A stretch of DNA of 32,000 nucleotides, from NCBI GenBank assembly GCA_024275415.1, contig JAJRZD010000105.1, positions 22,685 to 54,684 on the forward strand, read 5' to 3'. Shown one piece after another: positions 8,034-19,696 of the stretch; position 1 is the stretch's first letter, and each line of letters starts with the position of its first letter. A program made the position numbers and the translations under genes. This DNA is from an archaeon (GTDB lineage Archaea; Asgardarchaeota; Thorarchaeia; Thorarchaeales; Thorarchaeaceae). The notes under the pieces were generated by a model. The model was not told the DNA's origin. It made no database searches and saw only the letters and a list, made by a program, of their open reading frames with translations.

Positions 8034-10433
8034 TTATTCCTCAACAATTTTGCGCTGCTTCTGAAGAATCAGCCAGACAAGACCCACTGCCATGAAGGTC
8101 TCGACACCAAGAATGCCGATGAATGCCGTTTCTGCAACGGACAGAGGCATACCCAAGACCGACTGGTTTCTTTCTCCGATTGTGACCCTGACAGTGTCAG
8201 ATATTCGGTTATCACGTTCATCAACTAACCACAGAGTCACCGTATGGGCTCCAGCATCCAAGTATGACAAGTCTATAGCGATGTTATCTCCATCCCATGT
8301 GCTGTTCACTGCTATCTGACCATCGACAAGGACAGTGTAGAATACCGGGTCTGAATCCCAAGCGTACCATTCAATCACCACTTCAGTGTCATTAGTGTTA
8401 TCATACGTAACGTCATCCAAGGGAATGAGAAATGGAATTCTATCTTGATATTCGTTGATGAACATCGGATAATTGTCTACACTATTGGCATCTCCAAGTA
8501 TCTCATACTTTCCAGATGCGTTGTAGTCACTCCAATAGTTACCAAACCCTTCGCTATCGTCCCAGATGTTGTCGATGCCGTCGTCATAAGCATTCCCCAT
8601 GTAATTCTTGCCTATCTCGTTGTGATATACCATGCAGTTGTCTGAATCCGACTCGAATTTGATCCCGTAACCTGCATTGTCCCAAATCACGTTCCTCGTG
8701 AAGTTAACACGATAACTCCAATATACTGCAATGCCATTCCCTGCACAGGATACTATCTCGTTCCGTGTGACAACAGATCTCTTGACATTACTAAGAAATA
8801 GCCCCTCCATAGACTGTGTGATTGAGTTGTTTTCCACCAAAATTTCACCAGACGAGTAGACATTAATGCCGACGGTTCCTCTCTTGATAGAATTTCCCTT
8901 AATAATGGAATGAAACGTAGATGTGATTCCGATGCCCACTCCATACTCGGTAGTGAATGTGATGACATTATCAGATATCGTGGTATAATATCCATCATAA
9001 ATTATTATGTCCCCGTCTTTAATGAGGTTACCTGTAATCGCCGAGTCATCTATCTGATAGAGGTTGATAGCATGTCTATTCTGCCATGGCTCACCACCTT
9101 CCATATAGAATGTATTCTGTTCGATGACCAATTTTCTAGTATTCTCTCCACTGATACCATACCCCCCGAAGAGTTTGCAATTCGATATCTCAATATTTGA
9201 CGATCTACGAATCTTAACACTCTCGAATGACGTTTCAATGCTACACTCTTGGATGGATACATCCTTGGATCTCAAGACTGCAATTCCAACTCCACTTCCC
9301 GTCAGAGTGATATTTCGCATCGTGATATCGGTTGAGAGTATGACCGATATGGGCGAATACACATCTGGCATTGAGATTTCATTAATCACAACGCGCGATG
9401 AGAAAATCATGATTATCTGTCCATAAATGTCGTCTGAGATAGTGATGTCACTCTCATTCACAAAATAACCAAGCATCTTGCCTCGGATACTGTTATTCAC
9501 GAAAGAGTGTACCCACTCTTCTTTAACAGTCCCATAAATGTAAATCCCTCTATCAAGAAAATTGTCAACAACCATGAGGTTTGATGAGCTGTCGATAGAC
9601 AGGGAAGCCCGATTACCATCACGGACAATATTCCTTTGAACTACTCCCCAGGCACAGGCGAATGACCTGATTCCATTCGCTCCACCCACTATTAAGTTGT
9701 CTGCGATTGTGAAGCCATTGCTGTAGTATATTTGAATACCATCATTGTACCAATAATTCGAAGACAATGTAATTACATTTCTTGTTATTATAGCGTTGTC
9801 AACAGTCCATATCCGGACTGCATCTCCAGTCATATTATTCATTGTATTGTCCTGAAGGTTCAAGACCGAGTAATCGTCTATCTGGATCCCAGTGTATCCC
9901 TTCTCAAAAGTACAATTCGAAATCTGAGCGATTCCACCGCTCCAAAAGACTATCCCTGATGAAGTATCGACAAAGCTGCAATTGGTGATCTCAATCTTGT
10001 TGGCTATCTGCTCTGAACGGATTCCCACGGGAATACCATCAAATGTGTTGTTCTCAATGAGTGCATATTGTGTAGATGATATCCAAATGGCTGGATAGTA
10101 TCGATAGTCGCTTCCTGTGTATGTAAAGTAACAATTCCTAATAACAAAATGCACAGTGACATCTTGAATGAATATACTGGTATTCAGAAGGTCGAATGAC
10201 AAGCCTTCAATTACATAAGGGTCATTTTCTGTACCCGAACCTGGCCATACTGCAAAGTCGTCATCTGATGTGATCACAATCTGGTCGTGAGGTGTGTATG
10301 ATAGAAGGCGAGTTTGTAGTGGGATATCCCTCTTCATTTCAACAGACCCTGCTGAATTGCTCAGCTTGGGAACTGGGGCTGGCACTATTGTGATTATTAG
10401 AACAAGGATAATCGCACAGATAGCAACTCTCAA
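8034..10433 (-). CDS. Cell-surface right-handed parallel beta-helix (NosD/pectin-lyase-like) repeat protein with C-terminal TM anchor
   Basis: Signal peptide, GSGTENDPYVIE motif, many I.N..I / GI.L repeats, GNYWSDY motif, Ig-like domain, C-terminal hydrophobic helix plus KQRK. Confidence 0.85.
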   Translation of the reverse strand: MRVAICAIILVLIITIVPAPVPKLSNSAGSVEMKRDIPLQTRLLSYTPHDQIVITSDDDFAVWPGSGTENDPYVIEGLSFDLLNTSIFIQDVTVHFVIRNCYFTYTGSDYRYYPAIWISSTQYALIENNTFDGIPVGIRSEQIANKIEITNCSFVDTSSGIVFWSGGIAQISNCTFEKGYTGIQIDDYSVLNLQDNTMNNMTGDAVRIWTVDNAIITRNVITLSSNYWYNDGIQIYYSNGFTIADNLIVGGANGIRSFACAWGVVQRNIVRDGNRASLSIDSSSNLMVVDNFLDRGIYIYGTVKEEWVHSFVNNSIRGKMLGYFVNESDITISDDIYGQIIMIFSSRVVINEISMPDVYSPISVILSTDITMRNITLTGSGVGIAVLRSKDVSIQECSIETSFESVKIRRSSNIEISNCKLFGGYGISGENTRKLVIEQNTFYMEGGEPWQNRHAINLYQIDDSAITGNLIKDGDIIIYDGYYTTISDNVITFTTEYGVGIGITSTFHSIIKGNSIKRGTVGINVYSSGEILVENNSITQSMEGLFLSNVKRSVVTRNEIVSCAGNGIAVYWSYRVNFTRNVIWDNAGYGIKFESDSDNCMVYHNEIGKNYMGNAYDDGIDNIWDDSEGFGNYWSDYNASGKYEILGDANSVDNYPMFINEYQDRIPFLIPLDDVTYDNTNDTEVVIEWYAWDSDPVFYTVLVDGQIAVNSTWDGDNIAIDLSYLDAGAHTVTLWLVDERDNRISDTVRVTIGERNQSVLGMPLSVAETAFIGILGVETFMAVGLVWLILQKQRKIVEE

Positions 10434-10562
10434 TCAATCTCCTCCGTGTCCAACTATATACCAAATTCCAGATATGAAGGATATTCTGTATCCAGTCACA
10501 CAATGAAATTAGTGATTATAAATAATCGTTCAAGTCTGCGTACTGTCGTTTGTGACATGGCT

Positions 10563-12653
<2,091 letters not shown>

Positions 12654-13273
12654 TTACACAGTATTGTCACAACTTTATTAACCCCTATCATTCGAAGGAG
12701 AAAACTCGTCAGTAGAACTTGGACAATTCCAAATGCTATCACATTTATTTCGAAACAAGTGGGAGTCAAGGAACCCATCACATGAAGACGTGATTAGAAT
12801 GGTGAATTCTCTAACTTATCGAGGATGGCTTGTTAAGTATCCCCTTAAGGAATCTGTGATTGATGCCTTCACGGCATTCAGTGTTTCGAGAGATTCCGTC
12901 TATAGTTAGTGAAATCTACTCTCAATGGGGTTGCTAACAGGTACACACAATCTAGATGGTCTTGGACATCTCGTTGTGGGTGTTCATATAGGCTCGACAA
13001 GACATACTCAGTGGGTCTTCCATGACATACGTAGGATCTCACAGAGCTCACCCAGTGTTGCATCCTGAGAGTACAATGCTACGGGATCCAATTTTGTACG
13101 ACCTACAATGAATGGTTCCTAAGAAAAATTGGTTTATTGGTTAGAACAGGTTCTGTGGAAAAAGTTCACCAGTCCACAATTGTTTGATGAAAATGGATCG
13201 CCGTTCTCATTTTGGCTGTCTGAAACGTGACAGAACAAGTTCGAATCCTGCAAGTGCTTTCATGTCATTCGGA

Positions 13274-15013
13274 TTATTCCACAGAACCGTTAGAGAGAAA
13301 CTCTTCTAATTTGGTAGACTCGTATTTCTTATCTATCTTCTTTGATATTCGTCCAGAAATTCTTTTCAATACTGTGTCCATTTGTTCGTTTATCTCCTTC
13401 AAATGGGTTATGCCCTCGATATAATTTTGGAAAAGGCTCTCTAGTAGTTCTAACTCTGCTTGGGTTAGAAGGGTGAAATCTGGAATCATCATGCTTTCTA
13501 CATCTCTCGGTTCTAACTTCTTCAATCCTCCGCCATAATGTCTTATTTGGGATGCCATGATTTTCTCTCCGATCTCAGATAGTGAATAGAGAATTAGTGG
13601 AACCAAGAATGCTTCGCTTCCCTTTTTAGGGTATATTCCATGGAATGATGTCAAGTTCCTACAGTCTGTTTGATTTAATATTAACCGAATTCTATCTCTG
13701 AAAAAAACTTTTATCCATATTGGAGCTACATCACGTTGCTCAACAAAGAACCATCTTTTTCGCTTTCTTGTAAGATACCTCTTGTGTATTTCTTGTTTCT
13801 CGCCAAATTTGAGATAGTTTGTTATTTTTTGATTGGGACTCTCATCTCTAACATTGAGAAGGTACACCTTTTTCCCTTGAGTTTTTAGTTCTTCGTAGTG
13901 GTCTTGTGAAAATATACGATCCGTGGCATATGCTGCTTTTGTTATTATTGGTTGGAGGTACTTGGAATCTATTCTCCACTCGTTGACTTCTTCATCGCTC
14001 AACGTAAAGAACGAGTTTGCACCTGTTGCTATGCCTCGTCGTACAAAGAAAAGCTGATTAAGGGGAATAGTGCCCTCATATACATCGGATTCATATCCGT
14101 TTATATAAACGCTCCATTTATCTTTAGGATTCAAGTCGGATTGCTTCATCACAGCAATTGTATTTGGTTTATCGATTTCACATGTCTGCAATGCGTTATT
14201 CAGATAACTTATCCCATACCATTTTGTTAGTCCGATGAATTTTACCTTATTTTTCTTGTCGAGAGGTTTCTTGCCCAAAATAATGACTGCAGAAGACATT
14301 CCATCTTCAAAAATAAAATCATCACCCTCAAAGATAACCAAGGCTTCAATAGATAAAGTATCCAGTAGTTTTTCTTTCAGTTTCTCACCATAGCCTGCAT
14401 TTAGCCATTCGACAGGCACTATAAATGCCAAGCGTCCATCCTCAGATAGCATTTCGATGCTCTTGATTATAAAGTAGGCATAAAGGCTAGCAGTTGCTTC
14501 AAGAGTGATATTATATCTGGATCTCAATTCTCGTCTATACTCGTTTCTATTCCTGATTTTGTTGTTTTTTACATAGGGAGGATTGGCGATGATGATATCA
14601 TACTTGTTCGCATTACTATCTAATAGGAAGTCAGTATGGATTAGATTGATGTGTTCCATGTAATCGTTGAGGGTATTCTTGGCACATTCGATCATCACCA
14701 TATCGATATCGTATCCATCGAGTTTGAATTCAATCGTATCATCAATTGATTGAATCGTATCTAAACAATATCTGGCAAGTATCCCACATCCGATAGAGGG
14801 GTCTAGAATTCTTATTGTTGCCGATGGCTTGCAAACCCATTGTGCCATAAACTTGGCTACCTCTTCGGGTGTGAAATACTGTCCTATCTCCTTCCGTCTA
14901 TTTGGATTTAGAATATGTGTGATATCACTATGTAAAGATTTGAATGAGAATGCTTTGTCAGTTATGTCATATCTCCCAAGTACCTCGCGTATGCTGTCCT
15001 TTTCTTCATTCAT
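13274..15013 (-). CDS. N6-adenine DNA methyltransferase (Eco57I/TaqI-like, type II RM-type) with C-terminal target-recognition region
   Basis: GQYFTP, motif I LDPSIGCG, motif IV IIANPPY, RLAFIVP, RRGIATGANSFF, YGGGLKKLEP. Confidence 0.92.
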   Translation of the reverse strand: MNEEKDSIREVLGRYDITDKAFSFKSLHSDITHILNPNRRKEIGQYFTPEEVAKFMAQWVCKPSATIRILDPSIGCGILARYCLDTIQSIDDTIEFKLDGYDIDMVMIECAKNTLNDYMEHINLIHTDFLLDSNANKYDIIIANPPYVKNNKIRNRNEYRRELRSRYNITLEATASLYAYFIIKSIEMLSEDGRLAFIVPVEWLNAGYGEKLKEKLLDTLSIEALVIFEGDDFIFEDGMSSAVIILGKKPLDKKNKVKFIGLTKWYGISYLNNALQTCEIDKPNTIAVMKQSDLNPKDKWSVYINGYESDVYEGTIPLNQLFFVRRGIATGANSFFTLSDEEVNEWRIDSKYLQPIITKAAYATDRIFSQDHYEELKTQGKKVYLLNVRDESPNQKITNYLKFGEKQEIHKRYLTRKRKRWFFVEQRDVAPIWIKVFFRDRIRLILNQTDCRNLTSFHGIYPKKGSEAFLVPLILYSLSEIGEKIMASQIRHYGGGLKKLEPRDVESMMIPDFTLLTQAELELLESLFQNYIEGITHLKEINEQMDTVLKRISGRISKKIDKKYESTKLEEFLSNGSVE

Positions 15014-15125
15014 CTCATGGTATTGCTCCTGTTTTTACCTCAAGTTCTATTCTCATAATAAATGTGAACTAAGTGTTATTTATCCATGAGAAAGATTTCT
15101 ATTAACTATGATACAGACAAGTATT

Positions 15126-15411
15126 ATGGTACAAAAAGATGATAATGAAATACTATCCTCCATGGGGTTCATTTTATCAAATATACAAAGAAGAGTCGTT
15201 TTGGAAGAGCTAGGAAGGGGTTCTACAATACTAAACTTCTAGGCGAAACGACACAACTTTCTCCATCACATAGCAGCAGCACATTATCAGAACTACAGCA
15301 CCAAGATATTGTTGAGTGTATAAATCCACATGTAAGAAAAGGGAAAGTGTACAAATGACAAGACTTGGTTTAGAAGTTCTAAAATTGATTCAAACCCGTA
15401 CGAGCACTTGA
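15126..15411 (+). pseudogene. Winged-helix transcriptional regulator broken by two single-base frameshifts
   Basis: Adding one G at the G-run 15217-15220 and one A at the A-run 15353-15355 gives a 95-aa protein: MVQKDDNEILSSMGFILSNIQRRVVLEELGRGFYNTKLLGETTQLSPSHSSSTLSELQHQDIVECINPHVRKGKVYKMTRLGLEVLKLIQTRTST. The ECINP..RKG..Y..T..G wing is typical of archaeal ArsR/MarR-like wHTH proteins. Confidence 0.8.
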
Positions 15412-15786
15412 CAGAAATAACTGGGTGATAGATGGTAAACATCAATAAATAACTCCAAGGTTGGCTGCAATCGGGCGTTTCATTTGAGCAAATACATTGA
15501 CACAAGTGGAAGCCACAGGAGAGCATCATATGTATTAGCGATTAAGATGATGAGGTCTGTGCTTTCTTTTGTGATATTCAATATTTAGAGATCATAGGAA
15601 ACGACTGAATCAATAATGGATAATGAGGAATGTTGCACGAGCCAAAACAAACCTTGGTGACCCTTTAGAAACTGCTCGAATCTGGCTATCTGTATGCGGA
15701 ATTCCGGGATGCACTTTTTGTTAATGTCCTCTGATGGTTCTAACAACGTGAGATGCTTGTCTATCTGCTGAGGTCTTCCAAAGGTT

Positions 15787-16977
15787 TCAATATCCAAACG
15801 ATTTCTCGAGTGCCTGTTTAACATCGAAGAGCAAGTCTTCTGGATCCTCGATACCCACAGACATCCTGACCGTTGACTCGCAGATGCCTGTACTCTCAAG
15901 TTCCCCCTTTGAGAAACCATAATGCGTCGTGAGAACTGGGATACTCGCAAGGCTCTCGACACCACCCAAAGACACTGCATTCAAGAAAATCTCCAGTGAA
16001 TCAACGAACTCCTTGGTGGTTTCAAGATTCGCAGCAAGGTCAATCGCTAGCATCCCTCCATAGCCTGTCATCTGTCTGCGAGCGATGGAGTGACCCGGAT
16101 GTGAAGGAAGTCCAGGGTAGTGTACGCGGGAAATCCTTGAATCGGATGACAGTTTATCTGCTAGGAACAGGGCATTGAAGTTGTGCCACACCATGCGTGC
16201 TGCAAGCGTCTTTATTCCACGTTCCAGTAGGAATGATGCAAAGGGGTCAACAGTCCCACCAAGAAGCTTGGCTGTATTTCTCACTTTTCCAATCTGCTCA
16301 GAATTTCCTGACACAGTACCTGCGATTATATCACTGTGCCCTCCTAGGTATTTCGTTGCGCTGTGAATTATAATATCGATGCCCATCTCGTACGGACGCT
16401 GATTGATGGGGCTTGCGAATGTATTATCAACTACAGAGATCATTGAACCAGTTCTAGCAGCATCAGCAACTCGTCTTATGTCGATAATTCCAAGGACTGG
16501 ATTAGTTGGAGTTTCGAAGAAGCACATATCATATGATCCATAAGAATCCTCAACAGCATCTGCAAAGCCATCTAATGGATGGTAAGTAACTTCGATGCCA
16601 TGACGAGGAAGAATGTCTTGGAAGAGATGGAGTGTGCCTCCATAAATAGAGTCACATGCTAGAATTCTGCTACCGTTCTTCAATAACCCATAGATAGTCG
16701 ACGATATAGCTGCCATCCCTGATGACAAGACCACCGTGTCTTCCGTGTTCTCAAGGGCGCTGATCTTCTTCTCTGCATTCGTTGTGGTCGGGTTACTCCA
16801 CCTTGTGTACACATCCTTGTCTGATTTTCCTTGAACCGCATCAAGCATCTCCTGCTGGTCTTTGAAAACAAAGGTCGAGGTCTGATATATTGGCTCTACA
16901 GCAGGACCTGACTCGGCTCGTTTCATCCCTTGTACACTTCTTGTAGAAAGCCCGCGCTTTCGGTCGTTTGTTGTCAT
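15787..16977 (-). CDS. PLP-dependent trans-sulfuration enzyme (cystathionine gamma-synthase/lyase or methionine gamma-lyase family)
   Basis: PIYQTSTF, YTRWSNPT, SSGMAAI, FETPTNP, VVDNTFASP, PLP lysine SATKYLGGHSD, SLGGVES, RMSVGIED. Confidence 0.93.
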   Translation of the reverse strand: MTTNDRKRGLSTRSVQGMKRAESGPAVEPIYQTSTFVFKDQQEMLDAVQGKSDKDVYTRWSNPTTTNAEKKISALENTEDTVVLSSGMAAISSTIYGLLKNGSRILACDSIYGGTLHLFQDILPRHGIEVTYHPLDGFADAVEDSYGSYDMCFFETPTNPVLGIIDIRRVADAARTGSMISVVDNTFASPINQRPYEMGIDIIIHSATKYLGGHSDIIAGTVSGNSEQIGKVRNTAKLLGGTVDPFASFLLERGIKTLAARMVWHNFNALFLADKLSSDSRISRVHYPGLPSHPGHSIARRQMTGYGGMLAIDLAANLETTKEFVDSLEIFLNAVSLGGVESLASIPVLTTHYGFSKGELESTGICESTVRMSVGIEDPEDLLFDVKQALEKSFGY

Positions 16978-17010
16978 TTCGGGTCGCCGAGGAAACCTTT
17001 CGGTTGTCTA

Positions 17011-17018
17011 TTATAATA
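17011..17018 (-). promoter_or_regulatory. Candidate TATA box for the trans-sulfuration gene
   Basis: TATTATAA on the minus strand ~35 nt upstream of ATG 16977. Confidence 0.35.
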
Positions 17019-17088
17019 CATCTAGCTTAAAGGCAAAACGTCCAGAGTAGCATTGTTTGACGTTTCGAAGGTATATCCATCATTTCTC

Positions 17089-17580
17089 TCACGGTATCTC
17101 CCTGAGCATGATGATTGCTGGTGTCGAATCGTAGTAGTAGAGGGATATCCTTCCCCCAGTCCTGAAACCAAGCTTCGTGTAGAATTGATAGCCTTCCACA
17201 TTGTCATGATCAACATCCACGAAAAGTGCCCTTTTGTCGTGGTCAATCCCGTATTGAATCATCGCCTCGCAAAGTGCCGATGCTATCCCTTGCCGTCGGG
17301 CGTTCGTGTCAACGACCAGCATTTCAATCCACAGCCTGCCTTCTTCCTCGACGCCCATTACTGCTAACCCAAGGGTATGTTCAGGTTGATCAGGTACCAC
17401 TGCAAGATAGGCTATCCATGCATCAAGGTCAAGGAAGCTCTGGAGCCATTCTTGAGTGACCCATTCCCTGATATCATGGAGACCTAGGGCTTCGGCGGAC
17501 TTGAGGATGTGCTGTGCGTCTTGGGATTGCACTATCTGGACATCCCGTGTGAAACCACTCCTCGCGCTCTCACCGGACAC
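17089..17580 (-). CDS. GNAT family N-acetyltransferase
   Basis: Motif A LVVDTNARRQGIASAL and motif B N..GYQFYTKLGF. Confidence 0.9.
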   Translation of the reverse strand: MSGESARSGFTRDVQIVQSQDAQHILKSAEALGLHDIREWVTQEWLQSFLDLDAWIAYLAVVPDQPEHTLGLAVMGVEEEGRLWIEMLVVDTNARRQGIASALCEAMIQYGIDHDKRALFVDVDHDNVEGYQFYTKLGFRTGGRISLYYYDSTPAIIMLREIP

Positions 17581-17599
17581 CCTTGGTCACCACCAATCT

Positions 17600-19696
17600 C
17601 TAGAAGTCGTAAATCACGCTCTCCACACCCTTCAAGGATTCATTGGACTCGAGGATGACTCGTGTCATCTCAGTCTTTCGTACTGTGAACATGACTGATG
17701 AGTAGGGTGCCTTGTTCAGTTGGACATGCGTCGTATAGGTCACTGGAGAATATTTGCCATGATAGTTCGAAGTAGTCTTGTTCAATATCACTGCGTAATG
17801 CCATTTCTCAGTCGACCTCTCTAGAATCTCCACATCAAGCATTTCTAGCAGGTAATTCGCCTTGAGCTTTTGCATTCCGGACGACTCAAAATTAATCAGT
17901 CCAATCCCACCAATCCTAAGCATCGAGAGACCTCTCGATAGGAACAAAGCAAATGCTTCAATGGTAAAGTCGGGATCAGCCACAAAGAGGTCAAACTGTT
18001 CCTGGTCGAGCGGCAGTGCTGAACGCAAGTCTACCTGTTGAATTCTGATGTTGAGGTTCTCTTCCTGTGCTATGAGTGCTATCAATGCACAAGTGTACGG
18101 GTCGACCTCAAGTAGGGTGACCTCGATACCTCGCCTTGCTAATGAAACAGAGATGAGGTCGTCATCGCCCACCATCAAGACTCTCTGTGGCTCAAATCGC
18201 AGGATATGGCGAAGCTTTTTGAGATGCGCGCTGGGCATGAGCGGGGCCTGCCCAAGTGTGTAGTCCAACACTTTTCGCCGAGCAAGGAGCGCTACTGTTT
18301 CGTTGAACCAAGGATCATCGGACTTGTCGATTCTCAGGAACATGGACTCGCTGTGCGAGTCAGGTTCAGCTACCATTACTGATGGTTCAAGATACCGACT
18401 TGTGGCCGGGCTTGTTATCTGAGGCTGGGGGCCATCCGAAACCATGCCATCATCACGATTCGTGGTAAACGCATCAAGGACATTAATTAGCTGTGAATCT
18501 AGCATTTTTTGGGTGTTGGTGAGGATATTGACGAGCTCGTGGAACTCCACAGCATTGGTGTCGATGATTCCTAATGCTAGCCTGTAGAGCAGCTCCATGC
18601 TTCTCTCGCTGAAGGCAAATAACAGGTTCTTGTACTTCTGCGTTCCTATCGTCTGGGCTATTGCGATTGTGTCGTCCGGGTTCACTACGACATATATACC
18701 ATCACGCAGTTTGGCAGGTCTTGCTTCTGCATCCATCTGTAACAGGCTCTGATAGTCTATGTGCAATGGATTCCAGAGCGACGGTGCCACTTTTTTCTTT
18801 CTCTTTCTAGGTGGTTTCAGCTCTCCTGCCATTATCCGTACGGCTTTTACAACAGATGCCTTTACTCTCCTTTTGCGTATGAACCTGGCAGCAGCTGCCA
18901 GTCCAAGTAGTACAACGAGGGCCACAACAAGGTTAATGAGCAATGTCTGGATCCGAGCTTGTGTTGCAGCTTCATCGATATCGATAGGATAGCTTGACTC
19001 AAGAAGCACTCCTCGCTCTTCCCAGTCAAAATTACCTACAGATGTTAAAGCACGAGCAGTCCATAATTCAGCAACGAAATATCCCGTTTCTGGGTCGTAG
19101 TAATAGGAATCATCAAAAGTGATGGTGAACGAGCCGTCAGGATCGTATTCCGAATCATTGATGGTCTGCTGGACTCCCTCGGCCCGAACTTCGATGACCT
19201 CGATGATATTGATGAAGTCCTTCTGAAAGTGCGTCAGACCTTTTACCTCGTATTCGTTCCCAAGAATACTAATCTTGGTGCCTACGGGTGTATCAGGGTC
19301 AATCCTAAACCATGTGTAGTCGAACTTGTAATATGTTTTGTAATTCGTGGGTGCATCTATCGTGTTGTTGATGTATTCGCGAGTCTGTCCGTTGATGGTG
19401 AATTGGTGAGATGTTTCCTCATAGAGAGAGTTGTCCTCATTATCAGAATAGGAGTAGTTACGTTCCATGTTCCATGTGATCAAGTCGCCAGAGATACTAT
19501 CAACGGTATAGGTCCTCGTTTCGATCTCTGTTTCGGTATAGTCCTCGTAATCCCTTGAAGAACCTTGGAGATACGTTGTGAACTCGACTTTGAAGTAGTC
19601 GTCGAGCGAGTATTGCATCTCTGCTGAAACCTTCACAGGTGATAGTGTAAGCATCCCAATTACAATCAGTACCACGAACCACTTCTTGCGTACCAT
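17600..19696 (-). CDS. bpsA: Single-pass membrane protein: signal peptide + ectodomain + TM + C-terminal branched-chain polyamine synthase (BpsA/DUF43)-like aminopropyltransferase domain
   Basis: C-terminal ~230 aa has LGQA, VLMVGDDDLISVSL (GDDD at 18158..18169), LLEVD, VDLRSALP, FDLFVADP, LFLSRGLSML, matching BpsA motifs in order as I recall them. The symbol applies to this domain only. Confidence 0.8.
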   Translation of the reverse strand: MVRKKWFVVLIVIGMLTLSPVKVSAEMQYSLDDYFKVEFTTYLQGSSRDYEDYTETEIETRTYTVDSISGDLITWNMERNYSYSDNEDNSLYEETSHQFTINGQTREYINNTIDAPTNYKTYYKFDYTWFRIDPDTPVGTKISILGNEYEVKGLTHFQKDFINIIEVIEVRAEGVQQTINDSEYDPDGSFTITFDDSYYYDPETGYFVAELWTARALTSVGNFDWEERGVLLESSYPIDIDEAATQARIQTLLINLVVALVVLLGLAAAARFIRKRRVKASVVKAVRIMAGELKPPRKRKKKVAPSLWNPLHIDYQSLLQMDAEARPAKLRDGIYVVVNPDDTIAIAQTIGTQKYKNLLFAFSERSMELLYRLALGIIDTNAVEFHELVNILTNTQKMLDSQLINVLDAFTTNRDDGMVSDGPQPQITSPATSRYLEPSVMVAEPDSHSESMFLRIDKSDDPWFNETVALLARRKVLDYTLGQAPLMPSAHLKKLRHILRFEPQRVLMVGDDDLISVSLARRGIEVTLLEVDPYTCALIALIAQEENLNIRIQQVDLRSALPLDQEQFDLFVADPDFTIEAFALFLSRGLSMLRIGGIGLINFESSGMQKLKANYLLEMLDVEILERSTEKWHYAVILNKTTSNYHGKYSPVTYTTHVQLNKAPYSSVMFTVRKTEMTRVILESNESLKGVESVIYDF

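Larger units (their letters stand above)
12660..15786. mobile_element. AT-rich defence/HGT islet (orphan DNA methyltransferase, broken regulator, degenerate DNA)
   Basis: Hand-counted sample lines: 20/60 G+C at line 13621 versus 34/60 at line 11521 in ligA. Coding density drops on both sides of the MTase. No integrase or terminal repeats found, and the boundaries are approximate. Confidence 0.5.

Noticed and set aside
15585-15980. 131-aa minus-strand ORF overlapping the 3' end of the PLP enzyme
   Set aside because: Half of it overlaps a real gene in another frame and it has no motif. The non-overlapping part could be a remnant but cannot be supported.
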